Assembly: GCA_964247055.1 (NCBI GenBank)
Contig: OZ176053.1
Coordinates: forward strand, 620,001 to 684,000
Direction of reading: 5' to 3'
DNA: 64,000 bases
DNA from: Paragordius varius
Taxonomy: Eukaryota; Animalia; Nematomorpha
The position numbers and the translations under genes were made by a program. Positions 24,309 to 36,203 of the stretch are shown piece after piece (the first letter of the stretch is position 1; every line of letters starts with the position of its first letter). Below the pieces are notes generated by a model. That model was not told the origin of the DNA, did no database searches, and saw nothing but the letters and a program-made list of their open reading frames with translations.

Positions 24309-24753
24309 AAATATAGAGACAAATATTTTTAAAAGACAACCATACTTTTTTAAACCTTAACTTTTCCAATATAAATTATATTATCACAATTTTAAAAATA
24401 TAATTTATTGTGTCACCTACATATATATATATATATATATCAATTCTATAATATGCAATTTGAAACAAATGATTTATATTTAAAAAAGTATGGGATTGTC
24501 TTTTGAAAAAAAAATTTGTCTTTATATTTTAAAGTTTTGTCCGTATAATTTCAGTTTTACTGTAAAGAACTTTGCATACTTTTATGATTAAGGTATAATC
24601 CCTGAATAATAGATATGTTTATGTTATACCCAGTTATTTCAGTTAAAAATTGAAATTGATACAATTATTCACTAATGAAATATAATCTGATATTTTGAAT
24701 GGAAACGGGTTGTTTTTTAGGCTAGCATATATATATATATATATATATATATA

Positions 24754-25634
24754 CACTGTGTGCAAAAAAATTTTTAACAAAAAATTTTTTTTCATTTGCT
24801 AGCTTATGACCAGCGAATTCATTTGCCGCAAAATTTTTTATTTGTTGACAACCTAGTTTTTGAATTATTGAGAGAAAATCCAAATCGTGCAAAAAGTAAA
24901 AATTAAAGATAATTAAGGATAATTCAAAAAATAATGATAAAATTTAAAATATTATGGTTAATTATCATTTTAGGAGATATTTCATATAAATGGCCTAAAT
25001 CATATAGTTAGTGTTTCTATAAAATTTCAGGTCGAAAGATGGCGTTAAAAATTTAATGAAACTATATTAAAATAATTTTTTTATTACCTAAACTTACTAT
25101 TAAAATCTTAACATTCATATTTTATTCAGGAAAATAGACTTCTATAAAATTAAACTAAAAATATTGTGTTTTATTTTTGCATTTTTTCGTAATCTGGTTT
25201 ATAAGTGTATAAAAGATTTATATTGTTATATTTTGGATTCTCACATGATTAGGAATTATAAAGTATATAATTTATGCAAAATAGGATTGAAAATTAGTGG
25301 AATATCAACCAACAATCCGTACGAATCCCAATAAAAACATTAATTTGTCATAAAACAGACTTGTTACAGGAAGTTGTAATGATTTTTGGTTGATATTCAA
25401 CTACTTTTAAATCCTATTTTGCATAATTTATATACTTAATAATTCCTAATCATGTAAGAATCCAAAATAAAACAGTATAAATTTTTATACACTCATAAAC
25501 CAGATGACAAAAAAATCAAAAATAAAAAAAATATTTTTAGTTTTATTTTGATATAGAATTATTTTCCTCAATAAAATATGAATGTTAAGATTTTAATAGT
25601 GAGTTTAGGTAGTAAATAATTAAAAAAAATTATT
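24754..25634. mobile_element. Foldback element copy 2, right arm truncated
   Basis: Same CACTGTGTGCAAAA start and GCTTATGACCAGCG..TTTGCCGCAAAA..GACAACCTAGTTTTTG block as at 177; the central loop is inverted relative to copy 1; it ends where duplicated block A begins. Confidence 0.82.
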
Positions 25635-26740
25635 AATTTAAGTGGATATCGGTGTGATATTTGGTGGTTAATCATTAAATAACAACCCGGTTGGTTTATA
25701 AATTTTATTAACCACCGTTGTTTCCTTTTGAAATTATTAAAACTAAAGAGGTTTCGGTTCCTACCTGATGAAATCATCCGTTCTAAGTAAATTATTGAAT
25801 ATGGCAAAGAATTTCAACAATAATTATTGTTTACTCTATTTTACCTAGGCAATTGCTTTTAAGATTGCTTTCTACCCTACAAACTTTACGATAAACTACT
25901 ATCTTGAAAATGTTTTGGATATAATTTAATCATTACTGTATATGATAAAAAAGGCTTATTTTTAACAATTTAACTTCTTGAGTGAAATGGTATAGCTCCG
26001 AAACCAAATCTCCGTATAGGTATCCATTTCTAATCAGAAATTACATTTTTATGACTAATTTACAAAAATCAAAGAAAAAAGCGGCGAAAAAGTTTAAAAA
26101 TAAAGATTTTTTTCTCTTTTTATATTTTTTCGAAAAAAATTTTTTATGCCTATAAGGCAAGCGAATGCATATATATTTAAATTTAGCCCAATACTTATGT
26201 AATTTTTTTGTTAATGAAATCGAAACCGCTCTGCCACACACTTTAAAAAAGTGTTTAAAAAACAATCACTATATATCCAAATTGAAAAACAATTAATATT
26301 TTTCCATATTAAATCGAGATAAAAACATTACAGTTAAAATTAGTAGAGACAAAATGTAAAATCGAAAAGCCAAATAATTTTTAAAAAAACCATACTTTTT
26401 TAAACCTTATAATTTCCTATCTATAAGCTATTGATAACAATTTACACAGATATTCCTTATAAGTAAACCAGACAAAGCATATTTTAAAAAATCAAGTAGC
26501 TTAAAATATATATCCGTATCATATCCTAACTGATTTAACCGTAACTTTTTTTACAAAAGGATAACATATATGATCTGTCCGTATTTAAATTTTTATATGA
26601 ATAACTTTCAAAATGATTTAATCAACACAGCTTTGCAAGCAAATTAATTTATTTATTAAATTTTTACGACAATTGATTGATTTAAATAAAAAATAGCAAT
26701 AATAATTTTTGGTTGTTGTTTCAAGGATTTCAGATATGCT

Positions 26741-27766
26741 TCAATTTAAGAATTTGAAATTCTTCGTATCAATTTTCTAAAACAAAAAAAAATAAAAAAA
26801 TATTAATAATCATTACCTTTCGTATAAAATAAATAAATAGGTCCATATATTATATCTTAAAAATCTAATTAAATTAAAAATAATTTAAATATGAAAAAAT
26901 TTAAATACCTTATAATATTGATTAATGCACATAAACGCGTTATTCCCATTGCGGATGACATAACCATTATCTAAGTATCTGTTAGGAAAAAAATGTTTAC
27001 ATAGTAAAAATTGAAATTATACTAAGGGAAGGACAAAATGAAAAAATATAAAGACAAATATTATTTTAATCAAAAGTACAATCCACTATACTTTCTGAAA
27101 CCTAAATTATTTTTTACAATCAAAATTGAAAGTATACGGACAAAATGTAAAAATATAAAGACGACAAGTATTTTTATCTAAAAGACAACCATACTTTATA
27201 AAACTTTAATTTTTCTCATATAAGTTATTTAATTACAATTGTAAAATATAAAATTAATTGTGTTAGTAATATATATCTATATTTGACACTTTGCCAATTA
27301 AAAAAAGTATGGTGTTGTCATTTGGAAAAAAATTTTGTCTTACCTTTTGTCCGTATAATTTCATTTTTTTTACTGTTTAAGTCATTACATTTATCTCTTG
27401 ACTTAATATTTTTAAATTAATATGAAGAATTTATAGCCTTATAAATCAAAAGCTATGGTATATTCATAGCTTTTAATATATTTAAAACCTGGTACATAAA
27501 TACTTTGTCTTTACGGTAAGTTTGAAAGAAATATCTGATTCTGATAAAAAACAACTGCTTGACCTAATGCAACTTGATTGCATATCATATAAAACCGGTG
27601 GGTTTTTTCAATAAACCGTCCACTATAAAAAGCTAAATTTTTGACATTAAAGTTAGGATACTCAAAAAAATTATTAACCTTCCGTTCATGGTTGTAACTG
27701 TATTTCCCGCTTTGCAAAACAATTGACAATTTTTTGCGATTTTACCCTGGGTTATTGGATCATTTA
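26741..27766 (-). pseudogene. Duplicate of the last four ADAMTS-like exons (27766-27679, 27622-27515, 26978-26909, 26776-26741); orphan copy or alternative 3' cassette
   Basis: Direct sequence match to 41419-40418. All splice sites are retained and the four exons join in frame without an internal stop. Confidence 0.75.
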
Positions 27767-27966
27767 CTAATAATAATAATAATATATTATTAGAGTAAGA
27801 ATACACTGCTATAACAGATAGTCAAAGGGCAAAATGACTTTTTCTTATAATATTCTTCCCCTTTTTATAGCTATTAGTCAATAATAATGCTCTTTGCTAT
27901 ATATGTTCCCTGGGAATATTTAAATAAAAAAAGCTCGCAATAAGCACTTACTTATACTGTATTTAC

Positions 27967-28648
27967 CAGGTGTGTTCAACACAAATGGCTTCGCGGGCCG
28001 CATTTGAAAAATAATATGAACATTTATGAACAGTTTATACTTTTTGCCCATATCGAATAAACTTAATTAAGAATACTGTTTAAGAAATATCAATGTTACT
28101 AAGATTTTGTGTGCTTATTTTTGCAAATTATGGATCTCTAAATTTGCTGGTGCCCGGGGCATGAATCCGTGATGGCGCCCCCTCCCCTCCATACCAGCTC
28201 TTGCATTTTAAAAATAATCAAATTCAAACCGTGGTCATGACAACTCATAAATGGGTGATTTTTTTTGTATGTATTACAGTCATGTATCCTTTATTTTATC
28301 AAAAATTTATTTTTCCGTTTAATGGGTATAAATATTTGGTAAAGAATGGAAAAAACAAGGACGCTATGGTAAATTTTATACTTTTTTGATGAATATGATA
28401 TTGTTAATACCATAGAGCTTTTGTTTTTTCCATTCTTTGACGAATATTTTTACCCATTGAACGAAAGAAAATAAATTTTTGATAAAATAAAGGATACATG
28501 ACTGTATTTAAAATAATAACTTTTAAATACCTTATTTTTTGAAACAAAATTAAATTTTTTTTATATCCGGCACCCCTTCAACCATGGCACCCGGTAGTCC
28601 CCTTTTTCCTTTCTAGCTAGCCGGAGGGCCGCATGTTGGACACATCTG
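27967..28648. mobile_element. hAT-type MITE (duplicate at 41623-42293)
   Basis: TIR CAGGTGTGTTCAACA / TGTTGGACACATCTG; TSD GTATTTAC / GTATATAC (one mismatch); GCGGGCCGC subterminal motif. Confidence 0.8.
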
Positions 28649-29485
28649 GTATATACCATTTACTTATAACCCCTAACCCTAACAGTTTGTAAAAAATATG
28701 TTGCAAAAATTATTTTAATATGAAATGTTGTGTTTAAATCATGACTCTTCAATACAAATGGCTTCGCGGGCCCCGAATTCGAAATATATAGGGGAGGGGG
28801 GGGGGGGGGGGGCTTTTATAAATAATTTATAAAATTTCAAACATATAATACTGTAAAACGCAAAACTTTTCTAGTTCTTGGGAAATATATAGAATTATTA
28901 AATATGTTTAAGAAATATCTATTATATTAAAATTTTCTTATCAAATTTTTGCATATTATGGATTGAATCTTTGCGGCCATTTTGGACTTGTTAAAATGTC
29001 AACTGTTCCATATTTAAAATACTTAAACACGAGAAAATTTGACTTTTATGATTCTTATGCGTTGTGTACAATCGAAAGTGTTGTTTTTGAATGGAAAAAA
29101 GTCGAAAAAAACTTTGACATTATATACTCTAGGAGTCTATAAAATGAGTTTTGCAAAACAAAATGTACCCATACTTAAATTCCTAAACCAGGTGTAGAAG
29201 AATTATATCATCCAATTAGCAACCAAACTAGAAAAAAATGTTATATTTGTTTGCATTTTACACTATTATGTTGGAAATCTTATAAAATATTAATTTATTA
29301 ATGCTCATATATATATATATATTTTAAATGCGGCCCGTTGTTGGACATAACCTTGCTACCATCCCTTGTAATTAATTGTCGAATTTTAATTAAAAATACC
29401 ATCATCAAAAACAACTTCATTTCGCGCTCTGCACACATCTTGGGCATTTGAACGGCCAGGGCTATTATTCTGTATATCATACAAA

Positions 29486-29489
<4 letters not shown>

Positions 29490-29535
<46 letters not shown>
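29490..29535. repeat. (TA)n microsatellite
   Basis: Pure TA run; counterpart at 43148-43194; others at about 2934-2965, 10768-10788, 24420-24440, 24728-24753. Confidence 0.95.
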
Positions 29536-29540
<5 letters not shown>

Positions 29541-29765
29541 TTACAGTGCTTCCTGAAATTGAGAGGTTTAAAAAATTTCCCAATGAAATTGATATTCTGA
29601 TATAGGCCAGATTCCTATGGTGTTTATTTGAATCTTACAAGTGAAATTAAGGAAATAATCATAATTTTGTATAATAACTCTAATTAACAATGACAAAAAG
29701 TTGCGCATATTATCCTAAATTAAATATTTTCGATGAAAGCTAAATGCTTGATGCCAAAACATCTA

Positions 29766-30046
29766 CAGTAAAAACTAAAATTATACGGACAAAACGTAAA
29801 AATATAAAGAGATATTTTTTCTAAAAGGCAACCATACTTTTTAATTCTTGATTTATATCGATATAACTCATTGTTTTAAATGGCAAAGTTTGAAATAGAT
29901 ATATAATACTAACATAACCAATCCTATATTTTACAATTGTAACTAAATAGCATATATGAGAAAAACGGTATTAAAAAGTATGGTTGTCCTTTAGATAAAA
30001 GTCTTCATATTTTTACGTTTTGTCCGTATAATTTTAATTTTTACTG
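29766..30046. mobile_element. Representative of a very abundant ~280-300 bp Tc1/mariner-type MITE (about 25 copies or fragments in the window)
   Basis: TA|CAGTAAAAA(C/T)T(G)AAATTATACGGACAAAACG...CGTTTTGTCCGTATAATTT..TTTTTACTG|TA. Other copies at about 1-172, 4070-4320, 4370-4667, 7031-7325, 9340-9640, 20750-21190, 21545-24563 (split by the hAT), 27117-27375, 30444-30700, 43419-43704, 44100-44365, 46790-47092, 48140-48510, 48760-49027, 50232-50420, 51505-51770, 52410-52697, 52945-53200, 55060-55351, 55720-55995, 56225-56503, 60815-61080 (approximate). Confidence 0.88.
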
Positions 30047-31037
30047 TAATTACACAATGTACTCCTTTAGAAAGCAAAATAATATTTAGCTAGTGCCGAA
30101 ATTGTGCGATAATAATTTTTATGTCTGCGAAATTAAGTTAAACATGATATTTAAAAATTGCAAACTTTGTTTAAAATTTAATTTTAATTTAGTTGAAGCG
30201 TATTTCAGGTATGTTGAAGAATGATGGTGGAAATATAAAAAACATTTGATAAATATAAAAACCCTTCTCTATATAAATCGATCCTGAGCATTTCTATCAC
30301 CTTAGTTTGATTAATCTATTTATTTGTGTTTAAATTTAATTTGTGAAAACACTTTTTTAATTTGAAGTCGATAAAACTGGAAAAATTGTGAGGTAAAGGA
30401 ATGTTCAGCATCATTGAAATATATAAAAAGTTTATTTGATGACAGTAAAAATTGAAATTATATAGAGAAAACGTAAAATAAAGACGAATGTTTTTTTTAA
30501 AGACAACCATAGTTTTAATTATTTTTTAAAACTTTAAAATATAAAATAGATATATTAATTGGTAACACAATCAATCATGCATTTTATGATTGTATTTAGA
30601 TTACTTTAATAGGATAAATTGAGATATAAAGTTATGATTGTCTTTTGAAAAAACAACTGTCCTTATATTTTTACGTGTTATGTCCGTATAATTTCCTACT
30701 GTATAGTGGTGTTTTTAGCGTTTTCACCATACTTCAAAATACCATATAATACGGTGGTTCTCTTACATTTTACTAATAATGTCATTTTTTTAGAAAAATA
30801 TAAATTTGACTTTCACTAAAAAAACAATTTTATTTAGCAGAATGTGCGCAAATTTTGCATCTGATATGAGCCGTAACCACAAAAGTGGTAATAACTTTCT
30901 TATATGACTCGTAAAACCTAAAACCAAGAGCTATGAGAAGATTGAGGCATTTATCCATAAAAATATTTATTTTTCATCAGAATATTTTTTGGACCCCAAG
31001 AATTTTACTATATAAAAATATAATGATATATTAATTG

Positions 31038-32123
31038 CACTAGACAACAAATTTTAACTTTTTTTAACTGCCATTCCTGTAAATTTAAAATTTATTTCAT
31101 TTAAGTTCATAATTTGAATATCTGAAAAGAAAATTGGTCTAGCATTCAAGATTTTTTTATATTAGAGTTTATCGATAATTTTTAGCCGCGATTTAACATT
31201 ATTCGAAAATTAAAAGTTTTAGATATGAAGGCATGTATTTTATATCATTCGAAAGAGCGCAAAAAACTGCATCTTTTATGTAGTAAGTCATCTAAATCAA
31301 TTGGATGTAAAATTGGATCTAAATGGTCGAAATTTTCAACCTTTAAATAAGTCAAGAATTTTCACATACAAACTAATTTGAAAATAATATAAATTATTTT
31401 AATATAATAGGGTTATATTACTATTTAATTAAAAAAAAATGTTTGAAAAAGCTTTGGTTTGCTTTTTTTATAATTATTTTTATCATACATATTTTACCTA
31501 GTGGATACTAAAATGCATAGTTACTCTAAATTTATTACACAATGCCTATAAAAGATCAAAAATACCTTAAACTCTGTTTTTATTTTTAAAATTTCGAAAT
31601 TATCAGCCTCGTAAAGAAAACAAATTAATATTGATGAGATGGTAATTTTTAAAAACAAAAACTTAAAAATGGCTGTTTTGAGTGACATAAAAGCAATAAA
31701 AAAATGTTTTAATCAAAAAAACTTTCTTGTGTTATCTTTTTTTGGACATCATCACCATCTAAACAAAGTTTGAGCTATTTTCATCCATTAGTTTTAAAAA
31801 TATAATAATTAAAAAAATGGTCTCGCTTCGTGCGTTTGTCGCTCTTTGTGCCCAATATTAACTGTCGATGTAATACATATTAGTATGCATTTTTAGAGTT
31901 TATAACTCTTTCGAATGATATATTACAAATGGGCATTACTTGTATATTTTCAAAGAAAAACGTTTTGTAAAATTTTGATAAAGAGGGCGCATAATCAAAA
32001 AAATCAAATTATACAAAATTCTACTAACGGGTCATAATTTTTATTTCAGATTTACTGTCCAAATGATACTAAATATCAGAAAATGCAAAAAACTCGAGTG
32101 GCAGAAAAATTTATTGTCCAGTG
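31038..32123. mobile_element. About 1.08-kb non-autonomous TIR element with CACT..AGTG ends (CMC-like, inferred)
   Basis: TIR CACTAGACAACAA / TTATTGTCCAGTG; duplicate at 44698-45779 and an independent, inverted copy at 58469-59478. Confidence 0.75.
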
Positions 32124-34965
32124 TTAGGAGTTGACAGAATGGTTGGTTGGTTGGTTTTTCCTGAGTCGTAAACGACTTTTTGGATATAGTTTTAACTATT
32201 TCTTTCCATTTTTTTCTATCTTTAACCGCTATATTGAGCTCTTTCAGTGTCATTTTGGTCTCTTCTTTTATCATATCCAACCACCTCATCGGTGGTCGGC
32301 CTTGTTTCCTTTGCCCTTCTACCTTCCCAAACATTGTATCTTTCTCCAGAGAATTCGATCGCATGACATGACCAAAATATGTTAACTTTCTTTTTAGAAT
32401 TATCTCCATGATGTTTGTTTTAGGTTTTATTTCTGTAGTTAGACTTTCATTCTTAATTTTATCCTTCCAGGTGTATCCTAGCATCCTACGCCAGCAGCTC
32501 CTTTCAAAAGCCATGAGCCTTTCTTTGTCCCTTTTTCTGAGAGTCCAACTCTCACATCCATATGTGGTGACCGGGAGAACGAAACAGTAGAGTAATCTTT
32601 TTTTGGTTTCAACTCCTACGCTTTTGTTTTTCCAAATCTTTATTAATTTGGTCATCGCTTCTCTACCCAATCCTATTCTCTTTCTGATGTCAGGAGTTGA
32701 AGACCCATCCTCTGAAATTATTGCGCCCAAAAACGTTAACTGTTTAACTATTTCTATTTCTACTCCTTCTATTATAATTGTAGGCTTTTTTCCTGTACAT
32801 AATATTTTGGTTTTGTTAGGATTAAGCCTAAGACCATACCTCAAACTTTCCTTTCGAATCTCTTCAATCAATTCCTTCAAATCATTTGCACTTTCAGCTA
32901 TAAGAGTGGTATCGTCTGCAAACCTTAAATTATTGATTGTTCTCCCTCCTATTCTTACTCCAATATTTTTACCATCCAACTTCCTCATTATCATTTCTGT
33001 GCACATATTGAACAGATAAGGGGATAAGCAACACCCTTGTCTGACTCCTTTCAAGATTGGTATTTCGTCTGTGTCCCCCGCTGGTGTTTTAATAATCGCT
33101 CTTTGTTTTACATACAGAGAGCTAATCAATCTTATTAAGTGAGACGATACCCCTACTAACTTTAATGTTTCCCACAAGGAGTCATAGTTAATTGAATCGA
33201 ATGCTTGTCTGTAATCAATAAAACACATATATAATTCTTTCTGGAACTCTTTTGATGTTTCCATTATCCTTCTCATGTTTGAGATATGGTCTCTTGTGCT
33301 TTTTCCCTTCATAAATCCGGCTTGATTTTCTGGTATTTCTGTCTGTATGATACTGTGCATTCTGTTTTGTATTACTTTTAGTAAGACCTTACTAGCGTGG
33401 CTAATAAGAGATATGTTCCGATAATTCTCGCATTGGAGTACATCTCCTTTTTTATATATTGGGAGATATACAGATGATGCCCAATCGTTTGGCCACTCAC
33501 ATGTTTCCCACACCTTTTGACATAACTGGTGTAACTTTTCAACGGGAATAGCTTTTATAAACTCTATTGGGATATTGTCTAATCCCATCGCTTTGTTGTT
33601 AGGAATTTGTCTTAAGGCTAATTCAACCTCCTCTATTAATATATCCGCATCACGTTCTTCATCTTTTAATTGCAACACCTTTGTTTGAGGAGCCTGATAG
33701 AGTTTTTGGGTGTATTCCTTCCATCTTTCTCGTACTTCTGTTTGTTTGCACAATATGGTGCCATTCTCTTTTTTAATCTTTTGTGATGATATAAAAGGTT
33801 TATGGGTCATTTGCTTCAGTTTCTGGAACATTGGTTGCATTAATCCTTTTTTGTTATTTAATTCCACTTCCAGACATTGTTTATTAAGAAAATCTTCGTA
33901 ATCCTTCCTTGTTTGTCGTTGAAATTCTTTGTTATATAATTTTACCATTTTATTATCACCTCTTGATTTAGCTTTTCTCCTCTTTTCTGCTATATCTATA
34001 CTCTTTTCTGATATCCATTTGTTATCTTTCCTCTTTACTCTCTGCACTTTTTCTTTTGCCACTTCATTAACAACATTTTTTATCGTTCCCCATAATTGTT
34101 CTGAGCTACATCCATTGTCCAATCTTCCTAATCTATCTTTGGTTTCTGTTCTAAAACTATTTGGAATGTTCCGAGTGTCATATCTGTATATCTGTTTAAC
34201 CTTATTTTTAATTATTTTAAGTTTGATTTTGGTTATTAAAAGCTCATGATCGCTAGAGCAATCGCTGCTTTTGCTTGTTTTGGTATCGATTATAGAGCTT
34301 TTCCATTTTTGAGAACACATTATGTAATCAATTTGATTCTTATATTTACCACATGGAGAGGTCCATGTGTATAACCTCCTATTGTGTTGTGGAAACCATG
34401 TGTTGGTTATCATCATCTCATTTTCTTGACAAAAATTGATCAGTGCTTCCCCGGCCTCGTTTCGTTCTCCCAATCCATATGGCCCGACTATTTGATCTAC
34501 TCTACCTCTACCAACTTTGCTGTTCCAATCCCCTCCTATGATAATCATATCTCCTTTCTTCGTTTCATCCAAAACTATTTGCAACGTTGCATAAAAGTCC
34601 TCTATGTCTTCTTTGGGAGCGTTTGAGGTAGGAGCATAGACTACTATGTATGTAAATTTAAGTGGCTTGGCATTCAGCCTAATACTCATGATTCTGGGTG
34701 TATATGGTGTATAACTAATGAGACTTTTATTTAATTTGTTTTTTATTAATACTGCAACGCCTTCAGATTTCTGGTCATCTCTCCCCGATCTTAACAATGT
34801 ATAATTTTCGTTTTGTACTTTCGCGCTACCTTTTTGCTTGGTTTCCGTTAGACCCAGTATATCTATGTTCAATCTTTCCATTTCCTTTTCAATTATCACC
34901 TGTTTGGTTGATGTTAAGGAACGTACATTCCAGCATCCAACTTTGAAAATTCTTGTTAAGTTCAT
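32041..34965 (-). CDS. RTE LINE ORF: AP-like endonuclease plus reverse transcriptase (974 aa as assembled)
   Basis: APE motifs GCWNVRSL, LGLTETK, YAPT, GDWNSKVG, NQIDYIM, SDH. RT motifs PIYKKGD..CENYRNISL, QAGFMKG, FIDYRQAFDSI, GVRQGCCLSPYLF, LRFADD, YGLRLNPNKTK, FLG. Confidence 0.95.
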   Translation of the reverse strand: MNLTRIFKVGCWNVRSLTSTKQVIIEKEMERLNIDILGLTETKQKGSAKVQNENYTLLRSGRDDQKSEGVAVLIKNKLNKSLISYTPYTPRIMSIRLNAKPLKFTYIVVYAPTSNAPKEDIEDFYATLQIVLDETKKGDMIIIGGDWNSKVGRGRVDQIVGPYGLGERNEAGEALINFCQENEMMITNTWFPQHNRRLYTWTSPCGKYKNQIDYIMCSQKWKSSIIDTKTSKSSDCSSDHELLITKIKLKIIKNKVKQIYRYDTRNIPNSFRTETKDRLGRLDNGCSSEQLWGTIKNVVNEVAKEKVQRVKRKDNKWISEKSIDIAEKRRKAKSRGDNKMVKLYNKEFQRQTRKDYEDFLNKQCLEVELNNKKGLMQPMFQKLKQMTHKPFISSQKIKKENGTILCKQTEVRERWKEYTQKLYQAPQTKVLQLKDEERDADILIEEVELALRQIPNNKAMGLDNIPIEFIKAIPVEKLHQLCQKVWETCEWPNDWASSVYLPIYKKGDVLQCENYRNISLISHASKVLLKVIQNRMHSIIQTEIPENQAGFMKGKSTRDHISNMRRIMETSKEFQKELYMCFIDYRQAFDSINYDSLWETLKLVGVSSHLIRLISSLYVKQRAIIKTPAGDTDEIPILKGVRQGCCLSPYLFNMCTEMIMRKLDGKNIGVRIGGRTINNLRFADDTTLIAESANDLKELIEEIRKESLRYGLRLNPNKTKILCTGKKPTIIIEGVEIEIVKQLTFLGAIISEDGSSTPDIRKRIGLGREAMTKLIKIWKNKSVGVETKKRLLYCFVLPVTTYGCESWTLRKRDKERLMAFERSCWRRMLGYTWKDKIKNESLTTEIKPKTNIMEIILKRKLTYFGHVMRSNSLEKDTMFGKVEGQRKQGRPPMRWLDMIKEETKMTLKELNIAVKDRKKWKEIVKTISKKSFTTQEKPTNQPFCQLLTLDNKFFCHSSFLHFLIFSIIWTVNLK

Positions 34966-35439
34966 TTAGTAAAACTATTTTTTGGCAGTAATAAACGAGG
35001 GTGGTTTGCCATTGCCTTCCCTCTCACTTACCCTCTTTACAAAAAATAAATATCTAGAATAATTAAAATTAAAGAGTAATCTTTATAAATGTTGTTAATT
35101 TGGATAAATTATAAATATTGATATTTTGCTCTGTCTGGCAATCATAAAGGAAAAATATAAAGAAATTATGGCTAGGCTAGTAAAAATAAAATAATTAGGC
35201 ACCAAGGAGTAGAGAAAAAAAAGAGAGAGATCTGTATAACAATGATTTTTGATGACTTAAGAATTATGTTACTCTTTAAATTACATACTTAGCATACAAA
35301 TAAAATAAAAATTCTACAAAACAAAGAAAAAGATTAATAACTAAAAGGAAACCTATTTTTTAAATATATTTATAGTATATAATAAAATAATACTATCCTT
35401 GAATATCCTCCCGCTTTCAATCACATGGTTTCATGCATT
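32141..35439 (-). mobile_element. Full-length RTE-clade (BovB/RTE-1-like) non-LTR retrotransposon
   Basis: 12-bp TSD AGTTGACAGAAT at 32129-32140 and 35440-35451; (AACC)n 3' tail at 32141-32155; empty site in the duplicate copy at about 45785; GGAAGGCAATGGCAAACCAC motif at 35020-35001 just upstream of the ORF (recalled as an RTE/BovB 5' motif). Confidence 0.95.
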
Positions 35440-36203
35440 AGTTGACAGAATAAATATGTAAAAATATATAACACGGTGTGTACACTAAAAAATCTTTTAA
35501 ACTCTCTACATCATTAGATAGTTAAAAGCTTAATAATGAATATTGAAATGATAAGTACGGTTAAAATGTTATAAAAAATTAATTTAATTTTGGAATTGGC
35601 CAATTTAAATAAATAAATTCAATAGAGTAAAACAGGGCGATTTAATTTTAATTTGTAATAATGTATTATAAATATAATCTTTAACTCATATATAGAGATA
35701 AGGTTTATAAAAAACTCACTATTTTTAAGCTAAAATCGCTTTTTAGGTTCAAATTTATATGAAAAAAACTTTCCATCATGAGGTAAAAATTTTGATCAAT
35801 TATCAAATATTTTATATAAAGTTCACTCTATATATCGCGTTAAATAATCATTTGCACCCTGTATAAAAAAGAAATTTTTTGTTAATTTGCACTAAAGCAG
35901 AAGTAACTTATAATGCTAACAAAATCTCCAATAATTGAAATAATATTTAGAACAGCATAATTACAGGTTTTTTGGATTGGAAATTGACACTCAAGTACGA
36001 GTTTATAGCTTAAATTCTTGTAAATCTTTCAAGGACATTCGGAAATGATGTAGAATTTTTATCAACTCGCAAGGGGCGTTTATTCGCTCTAACAATTTAG
36101 GCGTTTTATAAAATATTATCTTATGGATATATAATATAATGACAAATATAGTAAATAATATGTTGAAGTTAACATAGTCCATACTGATGTTACGGCATGT
36201 TAA

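Larger units (their letters stand above)
25634..36067 (+). repeat. Segmental duplication block A, homologous to 39210-46413 (near-identical from about 27100 on) plus the RTE insertion
   Basis: Long runs of identity by eye, e.g. 27380-32128 with 41030-45785 and 35440-36067 with 45785-46413. Confidence 0.92.

Noticed and set aside
28669-28684. CCCTAACCCTAA as an interstitial telomere
   Set aside because: Only two units, and degenerate in the duplicate (about 42315); expected by chance.
32131-34626. Several plus-strand ORFs of 60-138 aa
   Set aside because: Antisense shadows of the RTE ORF.
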